Origin: a virus
Taxonomy: Duplodnaviria; Heunggongvirae; Uroviricota; Caudoviricetes
IMG/VR virus record: IMGVR_UViG_3300025133_000019
Strand: one strand, 5' to 3'
Length of the DNA stretch: 64,000 bases
Each line of letters begins with the position of its first letter. Position 1 is the first letter of the stretch. The notes below the pieces were generated by a model, which worked only from the letters and a program-made list of their open reading frames with translations, did not search any database and was not told where the DNA came from. Made by a program: the position numbers and the translations under genes. Shown in pieces: positions 49,958-59,590 of the stretch.

Positions 49958-49972
49958 TAAAGGTTCTTAATA

Positions 49973-50599
49973 ATGAGCAATACTTTTAATAAAAACCATA
50001 ACATGAATCCTGTTGATTATTCTGATTACGAGTACTGGGAATTTTCCCTTTATGAGTCTTTATTTACTGGTGTAGCTCAACTGTTGAGAACCCGGCAAAG
50101 AACTACAGAAATAACACTACCTCCGGTGTCCACAGAGAATTACTCTAAAGCTAGAAAACTTTTAGATTCCTGGTTAACTCAAGCTAACTATAAGTTTTCT
50201 ATTTTCAATAAAAGTCAGGTAGCAGAGGATTTATTTTTAGGTGTCAATCTAGAAGTTCCCAGGAATCCAAACAAGGACTTACAAAATTCAGCTCTATTAA
50301 ATGCGTGTTTTGTTAACCAAGTTATCCAGGAAGCTGAAACTAGGCCATTAGACCTAGTACTTTCTGTTGTATTCAGTAAAATAGCGTTATTAATGTGTAT
50401 TGTTAAAGCTCAACAGTTTAATACATTTGAGCTAGAAGGAATCCCTAGCATCCATTTAAATAATGTTACAAGTAAAATTAGGGATTGGCTACAACAAAAA
50501 AAATATGTAAACATAAGATTCCAACACCCACCTGCTACAGAGGACAGTGAAATCATGGTTCTTGCGGTGTTTTTCGATTTACCTAAAGAACCTGTTTAA
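49973..50599 (+). CDS. Hypothetical protein
   Basis: 208-aa ORF. Confidence 0.55.
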   Translation: MSNTFNKNHNMNPVDYSDYEYWEFSLYESLFTGVAQLLRTRQRTTEITLPPVSTENYSKARKLLDSWLTQANYKFSIFNKSQVAEDLFLGVNLEVPRNPNKDLQNSALLNACFVNQVIQEAETRPLDLVLSVVFSKIALLMCIVKAQQFNTFELEGIPSIHLNNVTSKIRDWLQQKKYVNIRFQHPPATEDSEIMVLAVFFDLPKEPV

Positions 50600-50926
50600 C
50601 GTGTTAGTACTTGAAAAATCAGAGAGTTTTGAAGCTAAAGATTCTTATTCAATTATAGACGGAAGAGCCATAGAACTTCTCGGGGATGGTTATGACACCG
50701 TTCATTTGTATGTTAATGGATTAAGAGCCGTGGAAAATATAGATTACATCGTAAAAGATAATTTTATATATCATTCTCGACCCTTTAATTCTTTTGATGT
50801 TCTCACCATAGATTATTTTAGAAATGTAAATTTATCTCTTGAAGATAAAAAGGAACTGTTATGTTAGTATGTTAATAGTTAATTCATAATATAGACTATT
50901 ATAGAATAAGTAGGAATTACATTGTT

Positions 50927-51492
50927 ATGAAATTATCTGATTGAGCTAAAAAACAAGGGATTCATTATCGCACCGCATGGAACCACTTCAAGGCAGGTAA
51001 GATACCAAGAGCATACAAGCTCAGTTCTGGAGCTATCATAGTTCCCAACGAGACCTCCTCGAAACAAGAGTATGTTATTGCTTATGCTAGGGTGTCCTCT
51101 TCTGAGAACAGGGACAATTTAAAAACACAATCTCAGAGGTTGGTATCCTTTTGTAATGCCAAAGGATGGTTAGTATCAGAAATTACAGAAGAAATAGGCA
51201 GTGGAGTTAATGATAAAAGAAAAAAACTTAACAAGATTTTTAAAGAGGGTAAAGCTACAAAATTGTAGTGGAACATAAGGACCGTTTATCTAGATTTGGG
51301 ACTGTCTTCATCGAAAGCCTGTTGTCTCATATGGAATGTGAGCTGGTTATTTTAAACCCTTCTGAAGGCAAAGAAGATTTAATGCAGGATTTTGTGTCCA
51401 TAGTGACTTCTTTCTGCTCCAAAATTTACGGTCTCAGGCGTTCCAAGAGAAAAACAGAAAAATTGATAGAATCTCTAGAAAAGGAATCATAA
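50927..51492 (+). pseudogene. tnpA: IS607 serine recombinase, inactivated
   Basis: MKLSD*AKKQG (TGA at 50942); YARVSS...EIGSG; missing A at 51259-51262; VVEHKDRLSRFG; DLMQDFVSIVTSF. Confidence 0.88.
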
Positions 51493-52934
51493 TGAGATCC
51501 TATGGCTTAAAAACCCAAGCCAATGCGATTAAACTAGAAAAAATTAAAAGGGTGTTCCCTAGTTATCGGGCCACCGCAGAGGATGTATCCCGTGATCAAT
51601 GGAACTATTTCTACAAGAATTGTAGATTTAATAAGTTTAAATCCCTAAGAAAAATAGAAACTGATCTTTCCGCCCGTTACTTGCAAACCATTAGAGTTCA
51701 AGTAGTAGGACAGCTTAACTCCTTTTTATCTAATATTCAGAACAAGGTTAGAGGTATAATCACCAGATCTTCGTTGTCTTCAAACACTAAGAAAATTCTT
51801 TACACCATAAACAAATACAAGTTCTGGTTCTCTCCGTCTTTCAGTTCAGATAAAGGGGTGTTTTATTCCGAGGAGGACCTCAAATTAAGTAGAAAAATAT
51901 TTCGTCAAGCCCTCAAAAGAAACAGAAAACCTAGTTTCAAAAATATCAACATGGTTTTAGATTCTAAAGTCTGTGAAATTCACAGGAAACGAGCAGAGAA
52001 GGCAAAAACCTTTGACTACTGGATTAGAATTTCTTCTTTAATAAAGGGAAAGCCAGTTTGGGTTCCCCTCCAAACCAATTCCTATTTTAACTCCAAAACA
52101 GGAAAACTAAAAGCTGTAACTCAAGTTAATCTTAAAAGAAACGGTAACCTTGAGTTTAGATTGGTTAAAGATTTGGATAAGGAGAATTATCAGCCGTCAG
52201 GTAAAGTAATAGGACTAGATTTAGGTTTCAGAGATGGTTTTATTTTTAGTTCCGAAGGTGGAGCCTTTGGTACTAAGTTTCTTTCCAAACTTAAAGCAAT
52301 TACTGAAGAGATTAACAGAATTCGATCAGTTAGGAATAAACGTGGGGAAAAGGAAAATTCTTGTCGTTTAGAAACTCTAATTAAGAAGTCTAAGTCCTTA
52401 ATCAAGAATGAGATAAACAGATTAATTGAGATTCATTGTCCCTCCGAAATTGTAATCGAGGATTTAAACCTGGAAAGGATTTTAGCTGCAAAAAGTCTCA
52501 AAAGATTGTATAATAATTACGGGAAAAAGATTCTTACCAAAAAATTAGGCTCAGTTTCTGAGCTAAAAGGAATTAAAATTACCAAAGTTAATCCAGCTTA
52601 TACTTCTCAGGAGTGTAACTCCTGTGGCTATGTTGACAAGAAAAATAGAGACAGAGATAAATTCCAGTGTAGGGCATGCGGTCTAAAGATCCATGCCGAC
52701 ACAAACGGAGCTAGAACTGTGAAGGGAAGAAGTTCTATCCCTGAGTTAAACTCCGAATTTTTATCTAAGTCGGAAATCCTTGTTGTTTTGACCAAGAAAT
52801 ATTTAAATCAAAATAACAAGCGATCAGGGACTCTAACGAGTCCCGAAACTCGCCCTTATAGTTGGGTAGAAGTCGTGAAGAAAAATCTTTATTTTTCTGA
52901 ACCGCTTGAACCTTTGGATAGGAAGTTTCTATGA
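51492..52934 (+). CDS. tnpB: TnpB RNA-guided nuclease (apparently intact)
   Basis: IGLDLG; IVIEDL; YTSQECNSC...CRAC; HADTNGA. Confidence 0.9.
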   Translation: MRSYGLKTQANAIKLEKIKRVFPSYRATAEDVSRDQWNYFYKNCRFNKFKSLRKIETDLSARYLQTIRVQVVGQLNSFLSNIQNKVRGIITRSSLSSNTKKILYTINKYKFWFSPSFSSDKGVFYSEEDLKLSRKIFRQALKRNRKPSFKNINMVLDSKVCEIHRKRAEKAKTFDYWIRISSLIKGKPVWVPLQTNSYFNSKTGKLKAVTQVNLKRNGNLEFRLVKDLDKENYQPSGKVIGLDLGFRDGFIFSSEGGAFGTKFLSKLKAITEEINRIRSVRNKRGEKENSCRLETLIKKSKSLIKNEINRLIEIHCPSEIVIEDLNLERILAAKSLKRLYNNYGKKILTKKLGSVSELKGIKITKVNPAYTSQECNSCGYVDKKNRDRDKFQCRACGLKIHADTNGARTVKGRSSIPELNSEFLSKSEILVVLTKKYLNQNNKRSGTLTSPETRPYSWVEVVKKNLYFSEPLEPLDRKFL

Positions 52935-53193
52935 TTTTCTATGTTAAAGGGAACTATTAGTGAAATCCGAAAATTTTAAAGTTCGAAACTCCCTGCGAGT
53001 TTTAGGCTACCAAATTGTAGAGCTTCTTAGCTTAGAATATGACGAAGTTCATTTTTATGTGAACGGGCAGAGGCAAATTCCGGACGAGAATTACAATATA
53101 GAAGACTCGTTATTAAAGTGCTTTGGCTTATTAGATAGTGACTGGCTAACCTTTGATTACTTCAGAAATATAGGCTCTTAAGAGCAGAGGTTA

Positions 53194-53760
53194 TTGACAT
53201 ACCCTGCGTTTATCTTATACAATAAGGGTATGCAGAAATTCCCGGTTCTTTTAAATCGTACATACGAATTCACTTGTATAGAAGAAGAATTAGACAGCAT
53301 AAATTTAAAGCTGTTTAAAAACCCTTTGCGCATAATAAGTCCTGTAGTAGGTAAGGGTCAGAAACCTGTAGTTCTGGCTAAAATACCCTCTATATTTTTT
53401 AAAGATCATTTAGGGTCTCCGGGAATTCTGTGCGTTAATGTGGACGTGATCTCAAAAGATTTCAGATATTACCATGTTAACCAAGACGGGATACTGGTTT
53501 TACTTTACGATTTAATTTACAAAAATGAGAGAGAAAAATCTCTGTTTCTCAGGGGCAAGCAGTGGTATACAGAATCACTGCAAATACGAGACGACTCCGA
53601 GAAACCTAGAAAAAGGCCATATAAACTAAAGCTCATAAAAGATATCTTGGATAGGTGCAGGGTATCAGACCCCTATTCTAAAGGATTTTATTACGGGATT
53701 CTTCATGAGTATCGTGCTATCATAGATTATAACGAAAAAGGTAGTGTCAATGAAGCTTGA
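53194..53760 (+). CDS. Hypothetical protein
   Basis: 188-aa ORF, GAGG RBS, TTG start. Confidence 0.5.
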   Translation: MTYPAFILYNKGMQKFPVLLNRTYEFTCIEEELDSINLKLFKNPLRIISPVVGKGQKPVVLAKIPSIFFKDHLGSPGILCVNVDVISKDFRYYHVNQDGILVLLYDLIYKNEREKSLFLRGKQWYTESLQIRDDSEKPRKRPYKLKLIKDILDRCRVSDPYSKGFYYGILHEYRAIIDYNEKGSVNEA

Positions 53761-53992
53761 AAAGTCATCTGATATATTTTGTAGCTTAAATAGATTTAGC
53801 CGGGATATTGCGTTAATAACTCATAGATTCTTTGAGTGCCAACAGAAGAATGCGGTAGCTTGGTATTATGTTATACCAATGAGTGGGGATAGATCAGAGG
53901 AAGAGATAAGTAAAACTTTTTCTGCCCTGAAATTAGCGTTATATAAGGCTTCACTACCAAAAAGACGCAGATTACTATCTTGTGGAGTTTGA
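53744..53992 (+). CDS. Hypothetical protein
   Basis: 82-aa ORF. Confidence 0.4.
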   Translation: MSMKLEKSSDIFCSLNRFSRDIALITHRFFECQQKNAVAWYYVIPMSGDRSEEEISKTFSALKLALYKASLPKRRRLLSCGV

Positions 53993-54082
53993 TTTAACTG
54001 AAGTGAATTCTCAGTACGAGCCAGCTACTGTAAGGTGGTCTGGTACTTTTGAGTTTTCTCCAGGGCGAAATAAGGAATTAAA

Positions 54083-54724
54083 ATGAATGATAAAAAAGAT
54101 CATTGTTGGACAAGCTGTAAAAGAGGGTTTTATGTCCAAGACGACTGTATATTAGAAGTTTTCGAACCCATAGGAGGCTGTGACTTCGAGCTTAACTATT
54201 CTTGCGGTGTTAACCATAGCATGAGGGCAAGAAGTTTTGTAGTTTATAACGGAGAGGTTAAGGTTTCAAAAACAACAGTAAGGGATAGTGAAATACACGG
54301 AATGAGCTGTGATAGTCTTGCGGAAGCTGTGGAATATGTTATTGACGGAGTACGAAGTACAATTGAAAGGGAGCAAAAAATGTTGGTTGTATGGGAGGAA
54401 TTCTCTGCTAATCCCGGTGATTCCAGGTCTTTTTGGGTTGTCAGGGAAAATGAAAACGTTATTTACAAGTTATGCAGATCAACACAGGATCTTGCTAAGG
54501 GTGATTTGTTATCTGAGACATTAATGAACATTAATACCTCTTTTTCAGATGTTGAGGTGGACTTTCTTGAGACAGTTTATAAGGAGCCTTCTTCTCATTC
54601 TTTAAACGTTTTTCTTGACGGTAACATAGAAGAGTTTTCTTCGGAGGAAGAGGCTCGTAAATATTTAGTAAACAGAGTCGCAGACAACGTTAAGGAGTTA
54701 AAATGCGTTGGAAAGCTTGTATAG
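54083..54724 (+). CDS. Paralog-array member (divergent)
   Basis: SLAEAVEYV...W and FSSEEEARKYL motifs. Confidence 0.55.
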   Translation: MNDKKDHCWTSCKRGFYVQDDCILEVFEPIGGCDFELNYSCGVNHSMRARSFVVYNGEVKVSKTTVRDSEIHGMSCDSLAEAVEYVIDGVRSTIEREQKMLVVWEEFSANPGDSRSFWVVRENENVIYKLCRSTQDLAKGDLLSETLMNINTSFSDVEVDFLETVYKEPSSHSLNVFLDGNIEEFSSEEEARKYLVNRVADNVKELKCVGKLV

Positions 54725-55239
54725 AAGAAAAAAGAATTATAAACGTCAGTTTCCATGGGAGGACTAAGTACAGAGGAGGCTTATATTACGATGATGAAGA
54801 TAACCTAATAAGAGTTTCTAGGGATTATGGGATAGAAACTACTTCCGAGTACACCTCTTTGTTAAAAGAGTCTTCTTTTGATATAAGAGATGCTCTTAAA
54901 AATCTATTAGCGTCCGAAGTACTGGGGGATAAAGAAAGATCTGCTTGGATTAAGTATTCTGAGGAATTCCCGAAGACATTATATATAGTAAGGGAAGAAA
55001 ATCCAGTTGAAATAGAAGAACACATATTTTTTACTCAGGTACTAAGTCTGTTTGAAAAAGTCCACTCATATAAAGGTAAAATCGTTAGTAGTGAGAGAAT
55101 GCCTACTAGTTTAAAGGCCCATATTCATGGAGACCCTTTATATTTTGATAGTCTAGGCGAGGCTGCTAGTTTGGTGTACACTCATGTCCTAGAGGCTCAA
55201 GCTAAAGAGAGAAGCTTGGGAATTAGTGTGGAAAAATGA
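54703..55239 (+). CDS. Paralog-array member
   Basis: MRWKACIEEKRII; YFDSLGEAA. Confidence 0.6.
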   Translation: MRWKACIEEKRIINVSFHGRTKYRGGLYYDDEDNLIRVSRDYGIETTSEYTSLLKESSFDIRDALKNLLASEVLGDKERSAWIKYSEEFPKTLYIVREENPVEIEEHIFFTQVLSLFEKVHSYKGKIVSSERMPTSLKAHIHGDPLYFDSLGEAASLVYTHVLEAQAKERSLGISVEK

Positions 55240-55508
55240 TGAGTAATACAGATTATAAATACCTTGTTAACTTGTGGACTAATTCCTTTAAAATAGAAAA
55301 AATAATGTCTAGTGATATAACAGGGTTGTCTGACTCAGAGATTACTTTTAACAAGGAATTTCGATTACAAGATAAAGAAGGTAATGTAACTGCTGATTCT
55401 GTTAAAGTAGTAATGACGTATCCTATAGGACCTTTAAGTCCTGTGTTTGATACAAGAGAGGAATCTGAGCAAGCCGTTAAAACCCATGAAAAAAGAAATA
55501 ACAAATAA
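55236..55508 (+). CDS. Hypothetical protein
   Basis: 90-aa ORF; VFDTREES motif. Confidence 0.5.
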   Translation: MMSNTDYKYLVNLWTNSFKIEKIMSSDITGLSDSEITFNKEFRLQDKEGNVTADSVKVVMTYPIGPLSPVFDTREESEQAVKTHEKRNNK

Positions 55509-55788
55509 GCTGGCAGATGTTTTTGCAGAGGAGTTATACAAGCCTATGACTCCAGAAGTCCTATACACTTTGAGCAGGCAAGTGGAGTCTTTGTTACACC
55601 AGATTCTTCGGACAGGGAATTTTATTAACACCTCAGAGATAAAGGTTACAGTTGAACCTAGAGGTAATGAGTGTGTCGTGATGTTTTCCTGGATGGACTT
55701 AGAACTAGAGAATTTTATAGGCAGTATTTTTGAAGATTTAGTTGTCTGTTATGATTACCTAGAGTTTCGAGGTTATGATGAGCAATAA
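55447..55788 (+). CDS. Hypothetical protein
   Basis: ORF track; true start probably the later ATG (MKKEI). Confidence 0.5.
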   Translation: MIQERNLSKPLKPMKKEITNKLADVFAEELYKPMTPEVLYTLSRQVESLLHQILRTGNFINTSEIKVTVEPRGNECVVMFSWMDLELENFIGSIFEDLVVCYDYLEFRGYDEQ

Positions 55789-56065
55789 GATTCTATTTTT
55801 TGTTGACCTTATTAATAAAATGATCTTAGAAATTAAGATGGGAGAGTCCGGGGATGGTGAAGTATTATCAAGCTACATATTTTCCAAACGCTCTGTTAAG
55901 AAAAATACTAGGTTTTACAGTGTTACACGATTCAATGTAGTCCAGTGTTTTGGACCAGGACACCAAACTCTTCCAAAAGCTAAAAAAGTTTTGGTGTCTC
56001 ATCTAAAAAAAGAGTTATCTGTTCATACCAGAGAGCTTGAATCATGGAAATCTCTAAAACATTGA
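55775..56065 (+). CDS. Hypothetical protein
   Basis: 96-aa ORF ending ELESWKSLKH. Confidence 0.5.
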   Translation: MMSNKILFFVDLINKMILEIKMGESGDGEVLSSYIFSKRSVKKNTRFYSVTRFNVVQCFGPGHQTLPKAKKVLVSHLKKELSVHTRELESWKSLKH

Positions 56066-56081
56066 CCTCTATAATGTTTCC

Positions 56082-56648
56082 GTGTTATTATGGTATAACA
56101 GAGGAGAAATTATGATGCATTGGCTTTATAACGAAGAAGATAATAGCGTTATTGGAAATTCTAATAGGTATTATACATTTTTCTACAAATTCCGGTTTGA
56201 TTCTACCAGAAAAGAGATTTGGTACGAAGAAATTAGTCAGTACCATAGAGATAGTTTAGGGTCTATGAGTGATCAATCTAGCTTTGTCTCTGCTGCTATG
56301 ATTGCTGAACTTAATTCTTCTAGTAACACTGAGATAGCAGCGTGGAGATCAGCCATTGAAAGGTGCGCTTGCCCTGTTTATGAGGCTACCACATACAGCA
56401 CTATTTATGAAGTTAGTCTTTTACCCGGAAATCACGTTCATAAAACAGGTAATTACAATCGTATAGGTTCTGGGCATGTTGAACATACATCCCTAGTTTT
56501 TGATGAAGCCGTTTATCCTGGTAATAAGGAAGCGCTTTACCATAGAACTTTGGGGGCAGCAGTTAAGCATCTTATAACTCTAAAGCGAATAGAACTTTCC
56601 AAGCAAATTTGGGAGTGGAAAAGGTTGGTGTGTAATGAAGAGAGCTGA
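56082..56648 (+). CDS. Paralog-array member
   Basis: MHWLYNEEDNSVIG; TLGAAVKHL...IWEW; GAGGAG RBS before the internal ATG. Confidence 0.6.
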   Translation: MLLWYNRGEIMMHWLYNEEDNSVIGNSNRYYTFFYKFRFDSTRKEIWYEEISQYHRDSLGSMSDQSSFVSAAMIAELNSSSNTEIAAWRSAIERCACPVYEATTYSTIYEVSLLPGNHVHKTGNYNRIGSGHVEHTSLVFDEAVYPGNKEALYHRTLGAAVKHLITLKRIELSKQIWEWKRLVCNEES

Positions 56649-56919
56649 GTTTATGATTTTTCAAACCGAAGAGTCAGAGCAGAGTTTTAGATTGAATGTT
56701 AGGTGTATCTCCGGAGAACTTAGAGTAGGTGACCTAGTGAGTATACGCAAAAGTCCTGTTTTTGAGATAAAAGATATAATAATGTACAATAGGTCTGTCT
56801 TTTCAGTTGACGACGGTTTAACCGCAACTATTGTTATCCCTTGTTGGGCTGGCAGTTATGTTTTAGGAACCCTAGCAAAATTTGATAGAATAAAATCTTG
56901 TTCCGGAGTTGACTACTAA
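56635..56919 (+). CDS. Hypothetical protein
   Basis: 94-aa ORF. Confidence 0.5.
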   Translation: MKRAEFMIFQTEESEQSFRLNVRCISGELRVGDLVSIRKSPVFEIKDIIMYNRSVFSVDDGLTATIVIPCWAGSYVLGTLAKFDRIKSCSGVDY

Positions 56920-56928
56920 AGGATAATT

Positions 56929-57432
56929 ATGTGGTATGTTGACTGTATTAATAACAGAATTATACTAGAGGACTTTGCGGTGTCGTGGAACCCAGAGACT
57001 GGTAAGCTTGAGGCAGACTCAATTGACCTCTTTCAGAAAATGTCCCTCAGTTTTTGTAAGATGGAGAATTTTAAGAGTAGTGTCGAATTATTGCTTGAAG
57101 ACTCGGAATGTAGTGAAAATCAGAGAAAAGCATGGACTTATTGGTTAAACAAAAATATAGAACACGGGTTTACCTGGATGAGAGACGGGGTATTAGAAAT
57201 TGATTTATATCCGGGAGGCTTAGTCGAGGTTAACAGAAAGTTTATGTGTAAATCGGGTTCATCCGAGTTAGTAGTAACAAGTATTCAAAGAATGAAAGCC
57301 TTTATCATATCTAAGGATAAAATAGTTTATAAAAGTTTACCTGAAGCCGTAGAGAATTACATACTCCATAGGAAAAAAGTTTTGTTGAAAGAAGCGGATA
57401 TTTGGGATTCCTATTTAGATAAGGAAGAGTAG
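56929..57432 (+). CDS. Paralog-array member
   Basis: MWYVDCINNRII; YKSLPEAVENY...IWD. Confidence 0.65.
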   Translation: MWYVDCINNRIILEDFAVSWNPETGKLEADSIDLFQKMSLSFCKMENFKSSVELLLEDSECSENQRKAWTYWLNKNIEHGFTWMRDGVLEIDLYPGGLVEVNRKFMCKSGSSELVVTSIQRMKAFIISKDKIVYKSLPEAVENYILHRKKVLLKEADIWDSYLDKEE

Positions 57433-57433
57433 T

Positions 57434-57940
57434 ATGGAATGGCATGTGGACGTAAAAGGAAAATGTATACTAGCTAATTACTGTTGGTATATGAATGAGG
57501 GACGGGAATTTTCTTATAATTCAGAAAGAAATGAAATTTGGGTAGAACCAATTTCTTTAGAGGACTCTAGATTTAAGGTCTTGCCTATAAACTCAGATTT
57601 TGTGGAAGCTTTTTCTTTAATGGAGAGGTCTGTGAGTTGTGCAAAAGAAAAACTGGCTTGGATACACGCAATAGATAATCATGGCACCAAACTTTTCCGT
57701 GTCCCTTTTCACACCCATATACTGGAAACGAGGCCAATACCAGGAGACTTTCTGTTAGATACAGGGAAGTACTCTTTAGAGAGCGGTTACAAAGCCATTG
57801 AGGTGACAGGAGTATTCCCTGTGGATAGCGATATTAATTTATATACCTCTCTACAAGGTGCAGTCGAGGATTTAATGAGCCAGAGAAGAGTCCTTCATAA
57901 CAGAGAAGATATTTTGTGGAGAGACATGAAAGAGGTGTGA
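57434..57940 (+). CDS. Paralog-array member
   Basis: MEWHVDVKGKCIL; YTSLQGAVEDL...ILW. Confidence 0.65.
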   Translation: MEWHVDVKGKCILANYCWYMNEGREFSYNSERNEIWVEPISLEDSRFKVLPINSDFVEAFSLMERSVSCAKEKLAWIHAIDNHGTKLFRVPFHTHILETRPIPGDFLLDTGKYSLESGYKAIEVTGVFPVDSDINLYTSLQGAVEDLMSQRRVLHNREDILWRDMKEV

Positions 57941-57941
57941 T

Positions 57942-58505
57942 ATGTATTGGTATGTAGGGATCGAAGAAAAAAGGGTTGTCGGATTTGATATGGACGACCT
58001 AGGAATAGCAAGATCTTCTCAGGGCCTTGAAATAAGGTATGACCAGGACTCAGGGATTCAGCTTAGTGCGGTACGACTAGGTCACATAGCAAACATATTT
58101 CACGATGAATATGTCAATGATCTTATTTGTATTAGCAAAGATTCTGCTATAGAATGTTTGCAAAATAGCTGGCTAGACGATTTCGATTTACGCATGGCTT
58201 TCAACGAGTACTTGGGAGATGACTTCGAGGTTGTTTATACAGTTGTAAATGATTATTGCGTTCAAACTCATATGATTCTTCATGACAAGTGTGCTATACT
58301 AACATCAGTGTTAACATTTTCAGTGGAAGATGATACAGTGGTTAGATACGAACCCCACAGGTTTTCGGTGGGCACAGATTTAACTTGCCCGTTTAAAACG
58401 GAGTTAGAAGCTATTACTGAGTTAACCCGGAGAATTGAGGGTAGATATCAAAGAGAGATGTCTGTTTGGAAAAGGTGTTTAACAGGATTACAGGGAAAGG
58501 AATGA
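57942..58505 (+). CDS. Paralog-array member
   Basis: MYWYVGIEEKRVVG; FKTELEAITEL...VW. Confidence 0.65.
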   Translation: MYWYVGIEEKRVVGFDMDDLGIARSSQGLEIRYDQDSGIQLSAVRLGHIANIFHDEYVNDLICISKDSAIECLQNSWLDDFDLRMAFNEYLGDDFEVVYTVVNDYCVQTHMILHDKCAILTSVLTFSVEDDTVVRYEPHRFSVGTDLTCPFKTELEAITELTRRIEGRYQREMSVWKRCLTGLQGKE

Positions 58506-58506
58506 T

Positions 58507-59055
58507 ATGCATTGGTATCCTGATGTACTAGAAAAAAGAATTGTAGGATATGACATAGGCAGTTTCGGAGTAAGTAAGTGGACTTCTGCTTTTGAGGTTA
58601 GGTATAACAAAGGTGCCATAGAAACAGAGCTAACAACTTTAGGGGGCTTAGCGAGGGCAGTTTTGCCTCCTTGCGGTTCGTCTTCACCTGTAATGCAGGG
58701 TGCTGTTGAGTGCTTGGTTAGGGCGTTTCCTGAAGACTCGGGAATGTTCATAGCTTTTTCGGAGTATTTGAATACAGTTCCTGAAGTGTTTTGGACTATC
58801 GGAGCTAATTACTCTGTTAGGGAGCACAGCACTCTTAATTCTGAGTGTAGCATTATTAACAGGACATTGAGGTTCTCCGAGTCAGAGGGAAAAGTAGCGG
58901 TGTATTCTCCCCAGTCTTTTTACCCGCAGACTCCGGAAAAGGTTTATACATCTGAACGTGAAGCTATTACGGTGCTAACATCTAAAATTAGGGAAGAGTC
59001 GTCCATAAGGATTCACTCTTGGGATCGTGTTTATATTAATGGGTCAGGGAGTTAA
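58507..59055 (+). CDS. Paralog-array member
   Basis: MHWYPDVLEKRIVG; YTSEREAITVL...SW. Confidence 0.65.
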   Translation: MHWYPDVLEKRIVGYDIGSFGVSKWTSAFEVRYNKGAIETELTTLGGLARAVLPPCGSSSPVMQGAVECLVRAFPEDSGMFIAFSEYLNTVPEVFWTIGANYSVREHSTLNSECSIINRTLRFSESEGKVAVYSPQSFYPQTPEKVYTSEREAITVLTSKIREESSIRIHSWDRVYINGSGS

Positions 59056-59590
59056 TATGTATTGGTATGTAGATATAGAACAAACAAGACTTCTCGGATT
59101 TACAGTTCCGGAGTGGGGCCTTTCTAAGGATAGCCGAGCCTTTGAATTGAGATATTTAGAGGATGATATTGTCTCTAGTATCGTAGAACTAGGTGACCTA
59201 ATTCACAGCACCGATTTTTCTTTAGCTAGGTGTTTTGGAAATGCTGGACATGCTGTAGAGAAATTGGTAAAAGTGTTGGGCAAAGAAGAAAAAGGGATTG
59301 CGGATTATTTTAATGAATACGTGGAACAAAACAGCAGGTCTATTTGGACGGTTGAAAACGCTAACTATATTGTGGAGCATCTTTGTTTGGACTCAGCATG
59401 TAATGTGGAAAAAAGTCTGTTAAAAATAGGAGAAAACAAGTCAATAGTGTCTACTCCATTTTGGAGCCCAATGCTTAAGTTTAGGCTACCAGATGTCTAT
59501 TATAAAACGAAAGATAAAGCAATAATGGCTTTAATAGGTAAGATTACCGAGGATTGTCTTATGGTATGGACGGAAGCTATGGAGGGTTAA
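59027..59590 (+). CDS. Paralog-array member
   Basis: MYWYVDIEQTRLLG; YKTKDKAIMAL...VW. Confidence 0.65.
   Translation: MFILMGQGVNMYWYVDIEQTRLLGFTVPEWGLSKDSRAFELRYLEDDIVSSIVELGDLIHSTDFSLARCFGNAGHAVEKLVKVLGKEEKGIADYFNEYVEQNSRSIWTVENANYIVEHLCLDSACNVEKSLLKIGENKSIVSTPFWSPMLKFRLPDVYYKTKDKAIMALIGKITEDCLMVWTEAMEG

Larger units (their letters stand above)
50854..52951 (+). mobile_element. IS607-family element (tnpA pseudogene plus tnpB)
   Basis: GG at both boundaries; TTTCTATG direct repeats at the right end; serine-recombinase tnpA and tnpB inside. Confidence 0.8.
50601..53181 (+). pseudogene. Two-repeat 'YVNG' beta-domain gene split by the IS607 insertion
   Basis: 50601-50853 and 52952-53181 join in frame at the GG core (EDKK-ELLVKSENF); the two halves are paralogous. 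Confidence 0.6.

Noticed and set aside
50927-50944. TGA-to-Trp genetic code reassignment
   Set aside because: TGA ends many genes in normal ATGA overlaps and long genes have no internal TGA; the same tnpA is also frameshifted, so this is a nonsense mutation
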